Shown: positions 48,846 to 58,041, numbered from the stretch's first letter. The stretch is DNA of 64,000 nt from Candidatus Aenigmatarchaeota archaeon (GCA_016180945.1 JACPAG010000001.1:133856-197855); one strand, 5' to 3'. Notes: generated from the sequence alone by a model not told the origin. Numbers and translations: made by a program.

Positions 48846-50061
48846 ATGAAAACTTATGTTACAAGCGAAAGCGTCACAGAGGGTCACCCGGACAAAATCT
48901 TTGAGTGAAATGCTCAGGATGTCCAAAATCTGTGACCAGATAAGCGACGCAATTCTTGATGAATTGTTTAAGCAGGACCCGTATTCCCGTGTTGCTGTGG
49001 AATGCCTTACAACAACCGGTCTGGTTGTCGTCGCCGGTGAAGTCACTACAAGAGGCTTTGCAGATGTCCAGAAAATCGCAAGGCAGACATTGAAAGAGAT
49101 AGGTTACACAGACCCTACTTACGGCATAGATTGTGAAGACGCCGGCGTTCTTGTTTCCATCCATGGCCAGAGCCCTGATATTGCGCAGGGCGTCAACGAA
49201 GGCGAAGCAGCCGGCAAAGAATCCAAGGAACAGGGCGCAGGAGACCAGGGCATGATGTACGGTTTTGCAACCAGCGAAACGCCGGAACTGATGCCGCTTC
49301 CTATCATGCTTGCGCACAAATTAACAAGAAGGCTGTCTGAAGTGAGGAAAGCAGGTCTCATAGACTGCATCGGCCCGGACGGAAAATCTCAGGTCACGAT
49401 AGAGTACGACGATGGCGTCCCTAAAAGGGTCGAAGCAGTTGTCGTGTCTGCCCAGCACAAGCACGATGCAGCAATAGATAACGTAAGAAAAGAGATACTG
49501 GAAAAAGTGATAAAACCCGTATGCGGATACATGATGGACGAAAACACAAAAGTTCATATAAACCCCACAGGTAAATTTGTGATAGGAGGACCGGAAGGCG
49601 ACTCCGGCGTTACAGGCAGAAAAATAATTGTTGACACGTACGGTGGCATCGGCCGCCACGGGGGCGGCGCATTCAGTGGCAAGGACCCGACCAAAGTCGA
49701 CCGTTCAGGCGCATACGCGGCAAGATACGTAGCCAAGAATATTGTAGCAGCCGGCCTTGCGGACAAGTGCGAGGTGCAGGTTGGCTATGCAATCGGCGTT
49801 GCCAAGCCGCTGGCAGTTAACGTGGACTGCTTCGGCACCAACAAGATACCCGAAAGCAGGATAGTCGAGCTCGTGAACAGGCACTTTGACCTGAGGCCAA
49901 AAGCCATTATTGAAATGCTCAATCTCAGAAGGCCGATATTCAGAAAAACGACATGCTACGGGCATTTCGGCCGCAACGACCCGGACTTCACTTGGGAAAA
50001 GACAGACAAGGCGGAAATATTGAGAAGAGAAGCGCTGGCCATTAAAGAAGCCGCAGTATAG
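48846..50061 (+). CDS. metK: S-adenosylmethionine synthetase (bacterial type), split by a 31-nt intron: join(48846..48895,48927..50061), 394 aa
   Basis: Spliced N-terminus [24 protein letters not shown]; GAGDQG and GGGAFSGKD motifs; GGTGA SD before the ATG. Confidence 0.92.
48896..48926 (+). other. BHB-type intron in the metK mRNA
   Basis: Central helix GGAC/GTCC, two AAA bulges, inner hairpin, in-frame TGA if unspliced. Confidence 0.85.
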
Positions 50062-50068
50062 AAAAGCC

Positions 50069-50509
50069 TTAAGCCGGGCAGAGAACTTCGTCGCCCTTGC
50101 CGGGCGTTGTTATTTTTATTTTGTCGCCTGTAGTGCAACCTTCCGGCGTTGCCCGCCCGTCCTTACATGTGACTATAGCATCTACGGCCAGCGTGGCGCT
50201 TGAAGCAGAGAACTTCGTGCTGCCGTCTGCGCAATCAATATTCACTGAATTCTTGAAGCCCACAATGGATTTATACGGTATCGCAGTGGAACCCGTGTTT
50301 CTTATTACAACATTCATAGGGCTGGCTTTAGTTACGGAATCTATGCGTATATTCATGCTCTGCGTCTCCAGCTGTTTTTTAAGCTGTTCCTCTGTCTGCT
50401 GCGTTGCAAGCTCGCTCACCCTTGTGAACCATACAAACGCAAAGCCTACCATCGATATCGTTATCAGCAGCAGCAGAATGATTGCAATAACCGGCGTGAT
50501 ACCTTTCAT
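50069..50509 (-). CDS. Archaeal type IV pilin-like protein
   Basis: Class III signal peptide MKG|ITPVIAIILLLLIT. Confidence 0.85.
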   Translation of the reverse strand: MKGITPVIAIILLLLITISMVGFAFVWFTRVSELATQQTEEQLKKQLETQSMNIRIDSVTKASPMNVVIRNTGSTAIPYKSIVGFKNSVNIDCADGSTKFSASSATLAVDAIVTCKDGRATPEGCTTGDKIKITTPGKGDEVLCPA

Positions 50510-50732
50510 TATACAATTATCATTTCGGGTCATATAAATACTTTTCTTATTCTTTGGCTTTGTTCTGGGTAACTGATAAATGGACAAGGTTATACTAACC
50601 ATAATCATAAAATAGAAAATAATTCGTCAAAAGCTGTATTTTTCCGTGCGAATTTCCTATTTCCGGATTACAAAAATTATTTAAACCGCCTTGCACATAA
50701 TAAAATTAAATCTTGATTGAGGTGAAATCAAA

Positions 50733-50759
50733 ATGGCAAAGAAGAAAAAGAAAAGATAA
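50733..50759 (+). CDS. Candidate 8-aa basic micropeptide MAKKKKKR
   Basis: GAGGTGA SD 7 nt upstream, TTATTTAAA box near 50677, T-rich tract downstream. Confidence 0.4.
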   Translation: MAKKKKKR

Positions 50760-50787
50760 ATTTTATTTAGGAATTCTTTTTGTTTCT

Positions 50788-51591
50788 TTATTTTTTCTGA
50801 AGTAACTTCAGATTTTTGTTTACGGCTTCTTTCAATTTTATTATCTCTTTTTCGTTGAACATGCTATGGGACTCTACGTACCTCTCCACCGGCTCTATTT
50901 TTGGCGGCCGAGACGTAATCTCGATTTTATCGTCTATGATTTCGTACAGCACCCACGAAGCCGTTTCCACGGCAAGCCGCGCAACTTCCATGGTGTTCGA
51001 AGCATCGTAGCCCCACGCCGCCGGGCACGGGCAGAGGACTTCTATAAACCTGAAGCCGGTCATCGCCGCGGCTTTCTTCAGTTTTTTAATGTAGTCCTCG
51101 ATGTGCGACACGGAAGCGGTCGCGGCATAAGCCGCTTCTATATTCCTTGTATTGGAAAATACATTCCCCGTGCTTTGTATGTTGTCGTAGCCCCGGTTGT
51201 TGTAGCATACGTATAGAATGTTGTCATTTCTTCTGGCTGCGGCGAGCACGCTGGAAAGATGGATGTTTGTAGCCCCGTCGCCGGCATACACAAGCACGTT
51301 GCCGCCGGCGCGCGCCAGGCCGCTGGCTACAGCCGCCGCATTCAATCCTGCGTGGACAAACGGCACCGACAGGCTTTTGTATCTGCCGAACAACGAAATA
51401 TCCCCGGAAGAAACAACAAGAACAGGATTGTCAATTATCTGCAGAGCTATCTTTAACCCGAGTACGGAGCCGCAGCCGGAGCAAATCGGGTTTGACGTCA
51501 TCACTATTTTGTTCTTTTCAGCCAGAGCCAGAATTTCCGGCCCGACAGTTATCTCCTTTTCCTGTATTTCAGCTTCCAGATCCTCTTCCAT
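50788..51591 (-). CDS. porB: 2-oxoacid:ferredoxin oxidoreductase beta subunit (divergent)
   Basis: CSGC, GDG...NN and CPCP motifs. Confidence 0.8.
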   Translation of the reverse strand: MEEDLEAEIQEKEITVGPEILALAEKNKIVMTSNPICSGCGSVLGLKIALQIIDNPVLVVSSGDISLFGRYKSLSVPFVHAGLNAAAVASGLARAGGNVLVYAGDGATNIHLSSVLAAARRNDNILYVCYNNRGYDNIQSTGNVFSNTRNIEAAYAATASVSHIEDYIKKLKKAAAMTGFRFIEVLCPCPAAWGYDASNTMEVARLAVETASWVLYEIIDDKIEITSRPPKIEPVERYVESHSMFNEKEIIKLKEAVNKNLKLLQKK

Positions 51592-51712
51592 ATCCCCTCA
51601 CCAACAACTTGACGCACCGCTGTGCGTCGATTTGTTCCGAGTCGATCGCCACACGCGAAGAACCAGAGGTTCTTCGGTGCATCAAAAGACACTGTCTTTT
51701 GATTGTTTTATA
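51592..51712 (-). repeat. A element carrying a C palindrome (51611-51628) and an inverted B (51652-51705)
   Basis: Removing B restores TATAAAA|TGGCGATCGAC; ends GAGGGGAT then ATG. Confidence 0.8.
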
Positions 51713-51724
51713 AAATATTTTCCT

Positions 51725-52171
51725 TCAACCCTTCTTAATGCTTATCTCTTCAAGTATCTTCGCTATGTTGTCCCTGACCTCCTTATACCTTTCCAGAAGC
51801 TCTGCTACCCTCTGTTTTAACCTTTCTTCCTGCCCGTCAAGAAAGTACCATGTTCCGTACTCGCCGAATTTTCTCTTCATCACAAACCGCTTGATGGGCA
51901 TGGACCTTCTTGCAGACGTCAGGAATAATTCGTTGTGCTTCGGGAATCTTTCCTTTATTTCTATTGCAGCCGCCGGCCCGTTTTGCCGCAAAAACGATTC
52001 GAAGCCGTTTAAATTTCCCGCCTCGGGCTTCCTTGCCCCCCGGACCCAGTGATAGACAGCCGAGTACGATAATCCTGTTTGCCCGGCTATTTCCTTTATC
52101 CCGGCCCCCTTGTTATGGAGTTCCATGACCCTTCCATAATTTTTCGAATAGAATTCCCTTCCTCGCCTCAT
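51725..52171 (-). CDS. HTH-domain protein within the por operon
   Basis: IKEIAGQTGLSYSAVYHWV. Confidence 0.7.
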   Translation of the reverse strand: MRRGREFYSKNYGRVMELHNKGAGIKEIAGQTGLSYSAVYHWVRGARKPEAGNLNGFESFLRQNGPAAAIEIKERFPKHNELFLTSARRSMPIKRFVMKRKFGEYGTWYFLDGQEERLKQRVAELLERYKEVRDNIAKILEEISIKKG

Positions 52172-52177
52172 TCTTTA

Positions 52178-53233
52178 TCACATTACCCAGAACCTCTCTT
52201 TGCCTTCTGTTTTCAGCGCTGAAAACATATCTATGAAATCCTTTTCGCTTATGTGCCTGCCAATAGACGTGAAGCTGGCTGCGTTGCACAGCGGCCTTAT
52301 CTCAGTGTATAGTTGCCCTGTTGCGCCCGGCGAAACGGACTGGTCAACAACTCCTGCTTTCTTTATCTGTTGCAGCGCTTCTTTTATTTCATCCTCGGGA
52401 AACGGCCTCAGGACACGAATCCTTAGAAGGCCCGCCTTTTCCCCCTGTTCGCGCAGCCGGTTGACAGCAGCCTTGCCGGTTGACGAGTGAAAGCCCGCCA
52501 CAACCAGAGCATACTCAGCATCGTCCATCATGTACTTCTCTACTGTCGGGTACAATCTTTTGAATTTCTCATCCCATTTGTCCTGCACATTTTTTATCAC
52601 GCCGGCCGCGTTTTTCATGGCCTTGTGCTGGCTGGCCCTCATTTCCATGTACTCGTCGCCTACCGGCGCCCCGACCGTTTTTGCAGCCCCCATTTTTAGT
52701 TTGGGCAAAAAATTGCCGATCTTCTTTTCCGTCGGCACCAGGACAGGCTCCCGGAAATTCGGGATGCCGTCTATGTTTACGACCGACGGCAGCAGGGCTT
52801 TTTCGCTGATGCGGTAAGCCATTATTATGCTGTCCATAATCTCCTGGTTGCTCTCGGCCAGGAATATAATCCATCCGGCGTCGCGCAGAAGAAAGACGCT
52901 GTGCTCTGCTTTTATTGTATACGCGCCCAGCCCGCGCGAGACGCAGGCGGCAACCAGGGGCAGCCGCATGAACGAAGCCGTATAAAATTCGTGCATGGCG
53001 TGCGGCACGGAGAATGTCGTGAACGTCCTCTTTTCGGCAAGTACCGAACCGATGGAAGACGCGACGGCCGAGCTTTGCGAATCGACTTCAAAAATATCCA
53101 TGGATTCGTTGATTTCAGAAATCTTTTTTGCTATATTCAGCGAGAGCGGCTCTGGAAAATGCGGCATCGCCTGCACAGCCGAGAGCTTTGCGCCGTAAGC
53201 GGCAGCATCCGTGGCGCTTATAAGTTCGCTCAT
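52178..53233 (-). CDS. porA: 2-oxoacid:ferredoxin oxidoreductase alpha subunit (divergent)
   Basis: RLPLV, LPSVVNIDG and RVLRPFP; YPITP motif replaced by HFPEP. Confidence 0.8.
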   Translation of the reverse strand: MSELISATDAAAYGAKLSAVQAMPHFPEPLSLNIAKKISEINESMDIFEVDSQSSAVASSIGSVLAEKRTFTTFSVPHAMHEFYTASFMRLPLVAACVSRGLGAYTIKAEHSVFLLRDAGWIIFLAESNQEIMDSIIMAYRISEKALLPSVVNIDGIPNFREPVLVPTEKKIGNFLPKLKMGAAKTVGAPVGDEYMEMRASQHKAMKNAAGVIKNVQDKWDEKFKRLYPTVEKYMMDDAEYALVVAGFHSSTGKAAVNRLREQGEKAGLLRIRVLRPFPEDEIKEALQQIKKAGVVDQSVSPGATGQLYTEIRPLCNAASFTSIGRHISEKDFIDMFSALKTEGKERFWVM

Positions 53234-53245
53234 TTTCGAAACACC

Positions 53246-53530
53246 TTATTCCCTTTCCTCCGTTATCGCGCCGCACGGGCATTCGCGCAGGCATATCAAA
53301 CAGCCGGTGCATACGTCATAGTTTATCTTCGGAAAGCCCTTCTCTATTACAATGGCATTTTCGGGGCAGGCGGCATAGCAGCCGTACGTCTTTTTGCATT
53401 TTTTCAGCTCCAGCCTCGGCCTGAAAACCCGCACCGGGAAAACTTCCGCCTGCGTCGGTTTCTTCTCTTTTATGCCGTCTTCCGCAATCATGGTACTCAT
53501 CACAATTTTCTTTCTTTTCTCAGAAGACAT
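53246..53530 (-). CDS. porD: Oxidoreductase delta subunit / 4Fe-4S ferredoxin (start may be 53500)
   Basis: CTGCLICLRECP; first cluster motif incomplete. Confidence 0.8.
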   Translation of the reverse strand: MSSEKRKKIVMSTMIAEDGIKEKKPTQAEVFPVRVFRPRLELKKCKKTYGCYAACPENAIVIEKGFPKINYDVCTGCLICLRECPCGAITEERE

Positions 53531-53626
53531 TCGTCTTCTGGAAACTCCAGAAAGCTTTGCTTTCTGCGAGTTAAACCCAAGGGCGTTTCTTTATCCCCTA
53601 ATTTCGTTAGTCGATAACCATATTAC
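53517..53626 (-). repeat. A element (53592-53626) followed by a B twin-hairpin (about 53517-53571)
   Basis: TAATATGGTT-ATC-GA-CTAA..TTAG-GG-GAT; CTC-G-CAGAAAGC-AAA-GCTTTCTG-GAG...CAGAAGAC-GAAT-GTCTTCTG. Confidence 0.75.
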
Positions 53627-53689
53627 TTATATATTTTCTTTTCCCAAGGCTTTTCTTTTTAAAAAGAAAAGGCTTAAAGAAAAGGGCTT

Positions 53690-54211
53690 TTACATCCGCT
53701 TTACTTTTTTGAACCCCTCGTCCATGGCTGCAAGATTCTCTTTCTGGTTCTGCCTGATTTCAATCTCCGCGGCTCTTTTCATGGCGCGCAGCGAGATTTT
53801 AGTGAATATTTTGCAGAGCCCCCCCAGCATGGCCGTATTCGGTATTGGTTTCAGCAGCGTTGAAAGCCCTATGTCCGTTGCGTTAACATAATAGTTTTTG
53901 ACGTCCTTCTTCTTTATGCCGCCGAATCTTTCAGGCGCATTGAACAGAACAGCACCCGCCCTGACGTCCTTTATATCCCCGAGGAGCGTTTTGTCCATCA
54001 CAAGCAGGAAATCCGGTTCGGTGAGGTCTTTAGATAATATAGGCTTTTTGTCCGTCTTGACGTAGCTTGTTATGGGCGCAATCCTGGGCTCCTGCTTCCA
54101 GAACGTGAAATCCTGCACGTAAAAGCCGGAAAGAAAACAAGCCCTGTCGACTACCCGGCTGGCTATTTCCACGCCCTGCCCGCCCCTCCCGTGGATGCGG
54201 AATGTGTACAT
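53690..54211 (-). CDS. porG: Oxidoreductase gamma subunit
   Basis: HGRGGQG and PNTAMLG motifs. Confidence 0.85.
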   Translation of the reverse strand: MYTFRIHGRGGQGVEIASRVVDRACFLSGFYVQDFTFWKQEPRIAPITSYVKTDKKPILSKDLTEPDFLLVMDKTLLGDIKDVRAGAVLFNAPERFGGIKKKDVKNYYVNATDIGLSTLLKPIPNTAMLGGLCKIFTKISLRAMKRAAEIEIRQNQKENLAAMDEGFKKVKRM

Positions 54212-54361
54212 ATTCCAATAAATTGGGCGCAACAGCTTTTAAAACTAGTGCTTTTTCTGCGAAAATTTGCTTAGAAACACCTGAAATGATGTTGTAGTTT
54301 AATTATTCTTATTTTCTTTTGACTGCAGGCTACTTTTCTTTCTAAAAGAAAAGGAGCCTAA

Positions 54362-54571
54362 TGGGCCGGGCAGGAATCGAACCTGCAGCCTTCGCGGTGT
54401 AAACGCGACGTCATACCAATTTTGGTTCCCAAAATACAATTCACATTAGTTCTTTTGGGGTTCACCAAGACCTTTTCGAACACATTGACGCAACGAAGAC
54501 TGACGCACTGCTGTGCGTCTATTTGGGTTGCGTCGGTTTGTTCAAAGGGATTGGTACTAGACCACCAGCCC
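54362..54571 (-). tRNA. tRNA-Val(TAC) with a ~138-nt D-arm intron (about 54421-54558)
   Basis: GGGCTGG/CCGGCCC acceptor, TCGCG-TTTACAC-CGCGA anticodon arm, TTCGATT; intron junctions uncertain by a few nt. Confidence 0.85.
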
Positions 54572-54574
54572 AAG

Positions 54575-54692
54575 CGCTGGGAGAGAGATTTGAACTCTCG
54601 TGTGCTTTCGCACACAGGTTGTTTACAAGTCGTTTTCCGCAGAAAAGGGCTGTAGCAAACCTGCGCCTTGGACCAGACTTGGCTATCCCAGC
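54575..54692 (-). tRNA. tRNA-Ser(GCT) with a 32-nt 37/38 intron (54621-54652)
   Basis: Long variable arm, G73, BHB central helix TTGC/GTAA. Confidence 0.9.
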
Positions 54693-54756
54693 AATAAAAC
54701 TTTATATATTACCGAAGCATATTAATAAAAGATTTATCTAAGACGAAGGTGGTTTG

Positions 54757-55050
54757 ATGGCTATAAGTGTCAAGAATTTCTCGGATATGGCGCGCAAGGA
54801 CGTCTTCACCAGCAGGGGTATCTATTGCGGAAAGGTGGTCGATATCGGTCTGGACTTTGACAAATTCCGGGTCAAATCGGTTGTCGTGGACGCCGTAAGG
54901 GGGTCGCACTTCGCATCCATTGTCGGCGACAAGAAAGGCGTTGTTGTGCCCTATGCAATGGTCCAGTCTGTGGGCGATATCGTGTTAATCAAGCACGTGC
55001 CTCTGGCGGCAGTGGAGACCGAGACGGAAGAAGCGCCTGTCGAGGCCTGA
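54757..55050 (+). CDS. PRC-barrel domain protein
   Basis: KDVFTSRGIYCGKVVD...VPYAMVQSVGDIVLI. Confidence 0.8.
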   Translation: MAISVKNFSDMARKDVFTSRGIYCGKVVDIGLDFDKFRVKSVVVDAVRGSHFASIVGDKKGVVVPYAMVQSVGDIVLIKHVPLAAVETETEEAPVEA

Positions 55051-55125
55051 TTCTCTTTTGCTCAATAAACGCTAGAAAGTAGGCGTGCCAATAGATTATC
55101 ATTCAAGGAAAAATAAATAATAATA

Positions 55126-55192
55126 ATAATATGGCACTCGACTTGAAACAGACTGACGCACAGCAGTGCGTCTAGTTATTGAGGGGAGGTAT
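55126..55192 (+). repeat. A element with a nested C palindrome (55155-55172)
   Basis: TAATATGGCA-CTC-GA-CTT...GAG-GG-GAG. Confidence 0.75.
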
Positions 55193-55516
55193 ATGCCAGC
55201 CGACAAAGAAAAGCCCGTCGAAGAAAAGGCAAAGCAGCTGATGGACCTGAGGACGCTGATGCTGACGTCGATAACGTCAGCCCTGGCTTTGGTCGTCGGC
55301 TTGTTCTGGAACGACGCCATAAAATCTGCCATCGAAAAGCTTGTCCCGCAGGGCGGGGACGTTGCCGCAAAGTTTGCGTCAGCAATCATAGTAACTATCA
55401 TAGTTGTGGTGGTTGTTTACCTTCTTTTCCGCGCGCAGCGGATAGCAGCAGGGCAGCTAAGAGAAATGGCAGAATTGAAAGATAAATTAAGGAGAAGGAC
55501 GAAAGGAATAGTATAA
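55193..55516 (+). CDS. Small membrane protein (DUF5654-like)
   Basis: ITSALALVVGLFWNDAIK. Confidence 0.7.
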   Translation: MPADKEKPVEEKAKQLMDLRTLMLTSITSALALVVGLFWNDAIKSAIEKLVPQGGDVAAKFASAIIVTIIVVVVVYLLFRAQRIAAGQLREMAELKDKLRRRTKGIV

Positions 55517-55645
55517 GTATGGAAAAAAGTAAGGAAAAGGCAATGGTTCTCCTTTCGACTTAGCACATCCCCAGCCTACTTACCTTTTCCCTTTGCTTCT
55601 GCTTATTAATATTCTCAGTCAAGCAAATAATAACAACTTTGCAAT

Positions 55646-55766
55646 GCTCCCGTCGTCTAGTCCGGTCAAGGATAGGAGCCTTTCGCTTTTGTATAATATG
55701 GCAGTCGACTTTTGCCATAGCAAAAGGGGATAGCTTCGGACGCGAGTTCAAATCTCGCCGGGAGCA
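55646..55766 (+). tRNA. tRNA-Glu(TTC) with a 46-nt 37/38 intron (55686-55731) consisting mostly of an A element
   Basis: GCTCCCG/CGGGAGC acceptor; GGAGC-CTTTCGA-GCTTC anticodon arm after splicing. Confidence 0.88.
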
Positions 55767-56956
55767 TCATACTCAAAACTTAGATAGTAGTTCTTCTCAC
55801 TAGCAGCACAATGGCTGGGTGGCTACAATTGTAGTCACCCAGAGGCAAAACTACTTATATTTGTAGTCACCTATAGTTATTATGCATATAGAAAAAAGGC
55901 GTGTCGGCAAGAGGACAAAATACTATCTTGCCCATGCTCTCAGGGACGGCAGGCAAGTCAAAAAAATAAGGGTTTATTTGGGTGCTGATAGCAAAGCCGT
56001 TAAGGGGAGGAGGGCTTCTGCCGAGCAAATAATCATGGAAAGAATTAAGGCATATGAAATAATTTCCGATCCTTTTCGCCATGCGCTTAATACAAGGGAA
56101 ATTGAAGATATCAAGTCCCTGGAAGCAAAGGGCGGCATAAGAATAAAGCATCTAAGCGAAGATGATTGGAAAACATTTATAGAATCCTTCGTTTACGACA
56201 CAAATGCCATCGAAGGGTCTTCCGTCACATTTACAGAAGTAACAGAAATACTGGAAAAGCAGGAGTGGCCCAAGGAGAGGGAGAAATGGGAGATATCGGA
56301 AACGTACGGCGTGAGGGATGCCATACAGCTGATAAGAAGCACTAAGGAGCATTTGTCATTGGAGCTCATGAAAGAGCTTCATAATGTCTGCTTCAGGAAT
56401 TCCAAGCCGTTTGCAGGCAAATTCCGTGAGAAAGGTCAGGAAGTTGCCGTTGTCGACGGGCAGGGAAGGGTAATTCATAGGGGCGCCCCTTCAGGCATGG
56501 TCGTCAAGCTTCTCAAGGACCTAGTTTCATGGTACAGCAAGAACAGGAGAAAATATCCTGCGATTGTCCTGGCAGTCGTGGTGCATAATCAGTTCGAGAC
56601 TGTACACCCTTTTGCTGACGGCAATGGACGGGTCGGAAGGCTTTTGCTCAACAATATTCTTCTCCGGCACAACAAGCCGCCGGTGAATATAGAACTGAAA
56701 AACAGGAAGAAATACTATGCAGCGCTGGGAGAATATCAAGAAAATGGAAATATAAGGCCGATGATAGAGCTTATACTCAAGGAATACAGGAATTTGAAGA
56801 AACTGCTGAAGAAATGACGCCAAAGGCGTCTGTCTACAGTTGAATACAGCCCATGAAAATGTAGTCACCTAGCACAGTTCTCTTACCGGCATAAATCCAT
56901 TGTTGTTCAGCCAAAAGTGGGCGCCTGTTTTTTCATCCGGGGTTCGCCGGGAGCAT
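55755..56956. mobile_element. Fic islet at the tRNA-Glu 3' end
   Basis: TCGCCGGGAGCAT at 55755-55767 is repeated at 56944-56956. Confidence 0.6.
55882..56817 (+). CDS. Fic-domain protein
   Basis: HPFADGNGRVGR and TNAIEG motifs. Confidence 0.9.
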   Translation: MHIEKRRVGKRTKYYLAHALRDGRQVKKIRVYLGADSKAVKGRRASAEQIIMERIKAYEIISDPFRHALNTREIEDIKSLEAKGGIRIKHLSEDDWKTFIESFVYDTNAIEGSSVTFTEVTEILEKQEWPKEREKWEISETYGVRDAIQLIRSTKEHLSLELMKELHNVCFRNSKPFAGKFREKGQEVAVVDGQGRVIHRGAPSGMVVKLLKDLVSWYSKNRRKYPAIVLAVVVHNQFETVHPFADGNGRVGRLLLNNILLRHNKPPVNIELKNRKKYYAALGEYQENGNIRPMIELILKEYRNLKKLLKK

Positions 56957-57712
56957 TTATTTTTTCATCATCTTTTCAAGATACTCTTTGTCTTTTATCG
57001 TCTGCTCAATCGGATTTCTTTTCCCTTCAAACTCGACGACAAGATAACCATTATAATTCTGTTTCTTCAGCAGTTTTATCAGCTCAGTCCACGGCACTTC
57101 TCCTTTTCCCAGCGGCGGGAAAGAAAACAGTTTTATGGAATCTTTAGCATGGACATGGACAAAATATTTGCCCAATTTTGTGGCGGCCTCTAATGTATCC
57201 ATACCAGAAAGGTTGAAATTCGCCGGGTCGAAATTCAGCCGGAGTTTCGGAATTTCTTTGAGCAGCGCCGAAACATCGCCTATCGTGCTTATTGCATGCA
57301 GCGGGCTGTTTTCCAGAGCAATTGTTATTCCATTTGCCGCGGCATAGTCGACAGCCCTTGCCATATTTTCTATCATCGCTTGTTTATCGGCCCCTTTTCC
57401 GGAATGAGTGCAAATTATGTTAATCCCCGCGGCATGCGCATATTCCACTACTTCTCTAAATCGTTTCATCTTACTCTTCTCAAAAAAATTCGTGTATCCG
57501 CCCAAGGAAGTGATGGATAAGTTCAATTCGTCTGCCAAGTCGCTTAATTGTTCTGGCCCTAAAGTCATCTGCTCGGCGTCTTCGCACATGACCTGCACGC
57601 CTTCAAATCCCATAGAAGAAATTTTTTCCAGCGCCCGTTTTGTATACCTGTATCTTTTGATAGCGCCTAGTTTAGCCAGCCCCATAAAAGAATAAGTTCC
57701 TAATTTAGCCAT
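56957..57712 (-). CDS. Sugar phosphate isomerase/epimerase (TIM barrel)
   Basis: LEN, FDPAN, HAKD, G.G.V and VEFE motifs. Confidence 0.8.
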   Translation of the reverse strand: MAKLGTYSFMGLAKLGAIKRYRYTKRALEKISSMGFEGVQVMCEDAEQMTLGPEQLSDLADELNLSITSLGGYTNFFEKSKMKRFREVVEYAHAAGINIICTHSGKGADKQAMIENMARAVDYAAANGITIALENSPLHAISTIGDVSALLKEIPKLRLNFDPANFNLSGMDTLEAATKLGKYFVHVHAKDSIKLFSFPPLGKGEVPWTELIKLLKKQNYNGYLVVEFEGKRNPIEQTIKDKEYLEKMMKK

Positions 57713-57909
57713 GCTTGATGGAAACGGCAGGAAGTTGAAGTTGTAGTCCAGGCATCCGAGTTTCATGGCTTTAATAAAGACAACAAGTTTTAAATCTAAG
57801 AATTCCATCCTCTTTTGCATCTCGGAGTGTTGTAGTTAGAGTGTTGAATCTAGGGTGATAGGTAGGTTTAAAAAACGCCGCCCAGCATTAAGATATAGAG
57901 GTGAATAAA

Positions 57910-57945
57910 ATGGAAGCATCAATAAAGTTCAGAAAGCGGTTTTAA
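57910..57945 (+). CDS. Candidate 11-aa micropeptide MEASIKFRKRF
   Basis: GAGGTGA SD and TTTAAAAA box near 57867. Confidence 0.3.
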   Translation: MEASIKFRKRF

Positions 57946-58041
57946 TGTGGTAACGAAACGAATGAATGAGTGATTTATTCATTGATTTATTCATTTATTG
58001 ACTTCCTAATCCTTATCCATACTTCTTCTCTACAAAGAAAA

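Noticed and set aside
48856-48926. Track ORF start [10 protein letters not shown]... for metK
   Set aside because: Wrong frame; the conserved [13 protein letters not shown]-terminus starts at ATG 48846 behind a GGTGA SD
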